Shown: positions 56,246-58,648 of the stretch, one piece after another | Layout of the letters: each line of letters opens with the position of its first letter | Position numbering within the stretch: the first letter of the stretch is position 1 | Assembly (NCBI GenBank): GCA_018398765.1 | Contig: JAHBMJ010000048.1 | Coordinates: 1-58,648, forward strand | From: Chromera velia | Lineage: Eukaryota | Length of the DNA: 58,648 bases | Direction of reading: 5' to 3' | Made by a program: the position numbers and the translations under genes | The notes under the pieces: model-generated | The model's database searches: none | Seen by the model: the letters and a program-made list of their open reading frames with translations, nothing else | Told to the model about the DNA's origin: nothing

Positions 56246-58648
56246 CCCCCTCGAAGACGCACAACAGTCCCAAAGAAGCAATCATATCAGATCAAAACAT
56301 GAAAAAGAAAATCACCAAACGCACCGACCCAACGAAACATCCTGATTCAACTCAACTAGACCAACTGACTGACCAACGCACCTCGAAAGAAAGATCGCAA
56401 CAAATCAATCACAGTTGACCGCAGCTGAGCCTGAACATATCTGCAGGTGACACACGAAGACAGCCAAGAAAATGCGCGCAGTATCATCGAGATAGGAAGC
56501 CAGACAGGTCAAGCACGTCTGAAAAGAGCGACAGGAGACCGCAGTCAGCGCAGAAGAATGGGAGAATTGAAGAGAAAACGAAAGGACACCCTTCTTTGCA
56601 GCCGCCAACCCTGACGAAAGTTTTTGATGGAAGTCCACCACAGACACACAGGTAGCGGAAGTCAATCATGAGATTACACTGCCTCATTTGAGTTGGGGCC
56701 CCAAAGGTTGATGCATCCCTCTGTCCGACAGTCTAGGATGCAGCCATATACACAACTTTCCAGACAGACAGACCAACCGACCGACCGGAAGTTTTCGTCC
56801 ACTTCATTACGGAGGATGCACCCGAAAGTCCGAAGCTCGTTGTCCTCGGGGGAATACCGTCGCACCGCCTGCAGGCAGGTAGGTGCAAATTTTAACACAA
56901 CTAGTTGCTTTGGGTATTGCAGGCAGAAAGTGCGAAGGAGGATCGAGAGACCGAGTGAATTTAAAGAAAATACACACAGCGGAGAGCAAATCCATCTGAT
57001 CTTGAAGCCGGCAATCAGCATCAACGAAGCGGAATCGTTCTCTTCCGCCCCTGCCTCTGGGTGGGATTGTTCGAAAGTGAGGGACGGGAAGATTGCATGG
57101 GAGAGAGAGACAGAAAGGGCAGAGAGGCAGCAGCCAAATCGAGATAGAGAGACAAAGGAAGACAAAATTCACATCAGATCCCTTCACTTCATCCCCCATG
57201 CACCCCCCCACAGACAGACAGACAGACCTCAACGAGGGACCCCGCGGCCTCTGCCACCAAACTCCGAAGCCCGTACTTCTGCCAGAGGAAGTTGGCACTG
57301 CAACCAGCCAACCGACCACGCACACACAGACATCCACACAGATACCTACAAGCTTACCACACGGTCACCCAACACACAACAATACCTTACAGGGTCGCAT
57401 TGTCCTGCCGGTGGTCGAATATCTGTCTCTTGTCTCTCTGCACTGTCTTGGCACAGAAAGCATCTGTGACCATCCAACGGAAGACACCTACCTCAAAAAG
57501 AAAAAAATGAAAGAACAGGGGGTGTCTATGCGGCAAGGATTGCAAGAATTCCACTGGTACTATTTCTTTCCCACCGGAATGTTCCGACTTTCAGCCCACC
57601 AGCTAGGCAGACAACCAATGAGAGAATTCGACAATCAGGAAGGTAGCTCATCGACATCTGTAACAGACAGATCGACAGAAACAGAGGTAGACAAACATGG
57701 GCCGACAAAGCAACGAAGAAATATTCACGAACACAAACTCACAGGTGCTGTTCCATCGTCTGTTGAACCTGCGGAGGTCCTCCCCCCTCCCCCTCCATTC
57801 CACTCAGATGCAAATGGAGTTTCGAAGAAGAGTTCTGCTGCTTGTCCTTTGAGCTCATCACTTCCTCGGCCATCTCGCGAGCCTGCATACATTCACGCAC
57901 TCACGCATTCACTCAAACAATCACCCACCCAGTCAAGGAGACTGCATCCTTTTCTTTCTTGTGCACTCAGGGAGCATGATTGGATTGACTGGCGGCAAGA
58001 AAAAAAACGCGCAAAAACAACGAGACAGCCGGACAGACGCATCATGCCAGTACACAGCTACACAACAGCCAAGTCACAGATCGATGGATAGAGCGAAAGA
58101 AGAGCGAGGGACATCAAAATATCTCCTCAGTCCGAAGACAAATGGGAAGCCCAAAGGAAAGAGTTCTCCAGAGCCGCTCACTGAATCTTTCAACACATCA
58201 CGAGACCCTCCCAGCCGACCTGCGAGAGAGTAAGGCTCCGAGGGTGTGCAGGCGCCTGTGCCTGTGCCTTCTCTTTCGCACGAGTTTGAGAAAACTCTGT
58301 TTCCCTCTCACGCCCTGCAGCTGTTTTCCTCTCTTCTCTCTCCTTCAGCTGGTGTTGCAGGGGATTCTCTCGATGCGGTCTCCCTCCGCCGTCTCCATCC
58401 AAATTCTTTCTTTTGACCTCCTCGCTCTCTTTTTCTATTCCTTCCTCTGTACACCCCTTGAAAGCTCCCCCGCCTGCCCCTCTGACAACAGCCCCCGAGC
58501 TCCGGTCGACTCCCTGAGCTCTGTCCTCACCGGACAATGGACCAACGGAAGCTGCTGAACCGCCTCCCGCACCTACCTGTTCATTGGCAAACGAAGCAGA
58601 CACACGCGGACGTCCGTAAAACAACTTCCCCACTTTGCCCCCCCCCCC
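53749..58648 (-). CDS. TSNAXIP1 (translin-associated factor X-interacting protein 1)-like protein with EF-hand, 5' partial
   Basis: Spliced pieces ANFLWQKYGLRSLVAEAAGSLVE|AVRRYSPEDNELRTFGCILRNEVDENFR, EF-hand FRAVDRDLSGVIDREQLRQL, and last exon CTFSECVVGLS...EI* (stop 53749-53751). Family recognised from motif memory only. Confidence 0.7.

Overview
Eukaryotic, intron-rich genomic DNA. Microsatellite-filled GT-AG introns, TGCATG-rich intergenic DNA and the gene content suggest an alveolate, probably a chromerid such as Chromera (inference, not verified). Most long ORFs in the track are microsatellite artefacts. Reading splice sites by hand gives about ten host genes: a single-exon PH-domain protein, a possible LOTUS/OST-HTH protein, a 10-exon DHHC palmitoyltransferase, an F-box protein, a membrane J-domain protein, a split-PH protein, a 2-TM protein, a secreted precursor ending in an RRL-preceded Gly/Tyr/Arg peptide, a large coiled-coil protein and a partial TSNAXIP1-like EF-hand protein. 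Eight of these form four head-to-head pairs, mostly separated by AT-rich transposon-derived blocks. The main accessory region (17.8-25.1 kb) holds a hAT-type element with two further elements inserted inside it, all with exact 8-bp TSDs, one carrying a dead BED-finger transposase fragment. Next to it lies a decayed Penelope-like retroelement with permuted domain order (N-terminal GIY-YIG, CxC, RT; Chlamys/Naiad type) and 296-bp pseudo-LTRs. All 10 differences between the pseudo-LTRs are transitions, hinting at repeat-targeted cytosine mutation. Gene models are manual and untested against RNA data.
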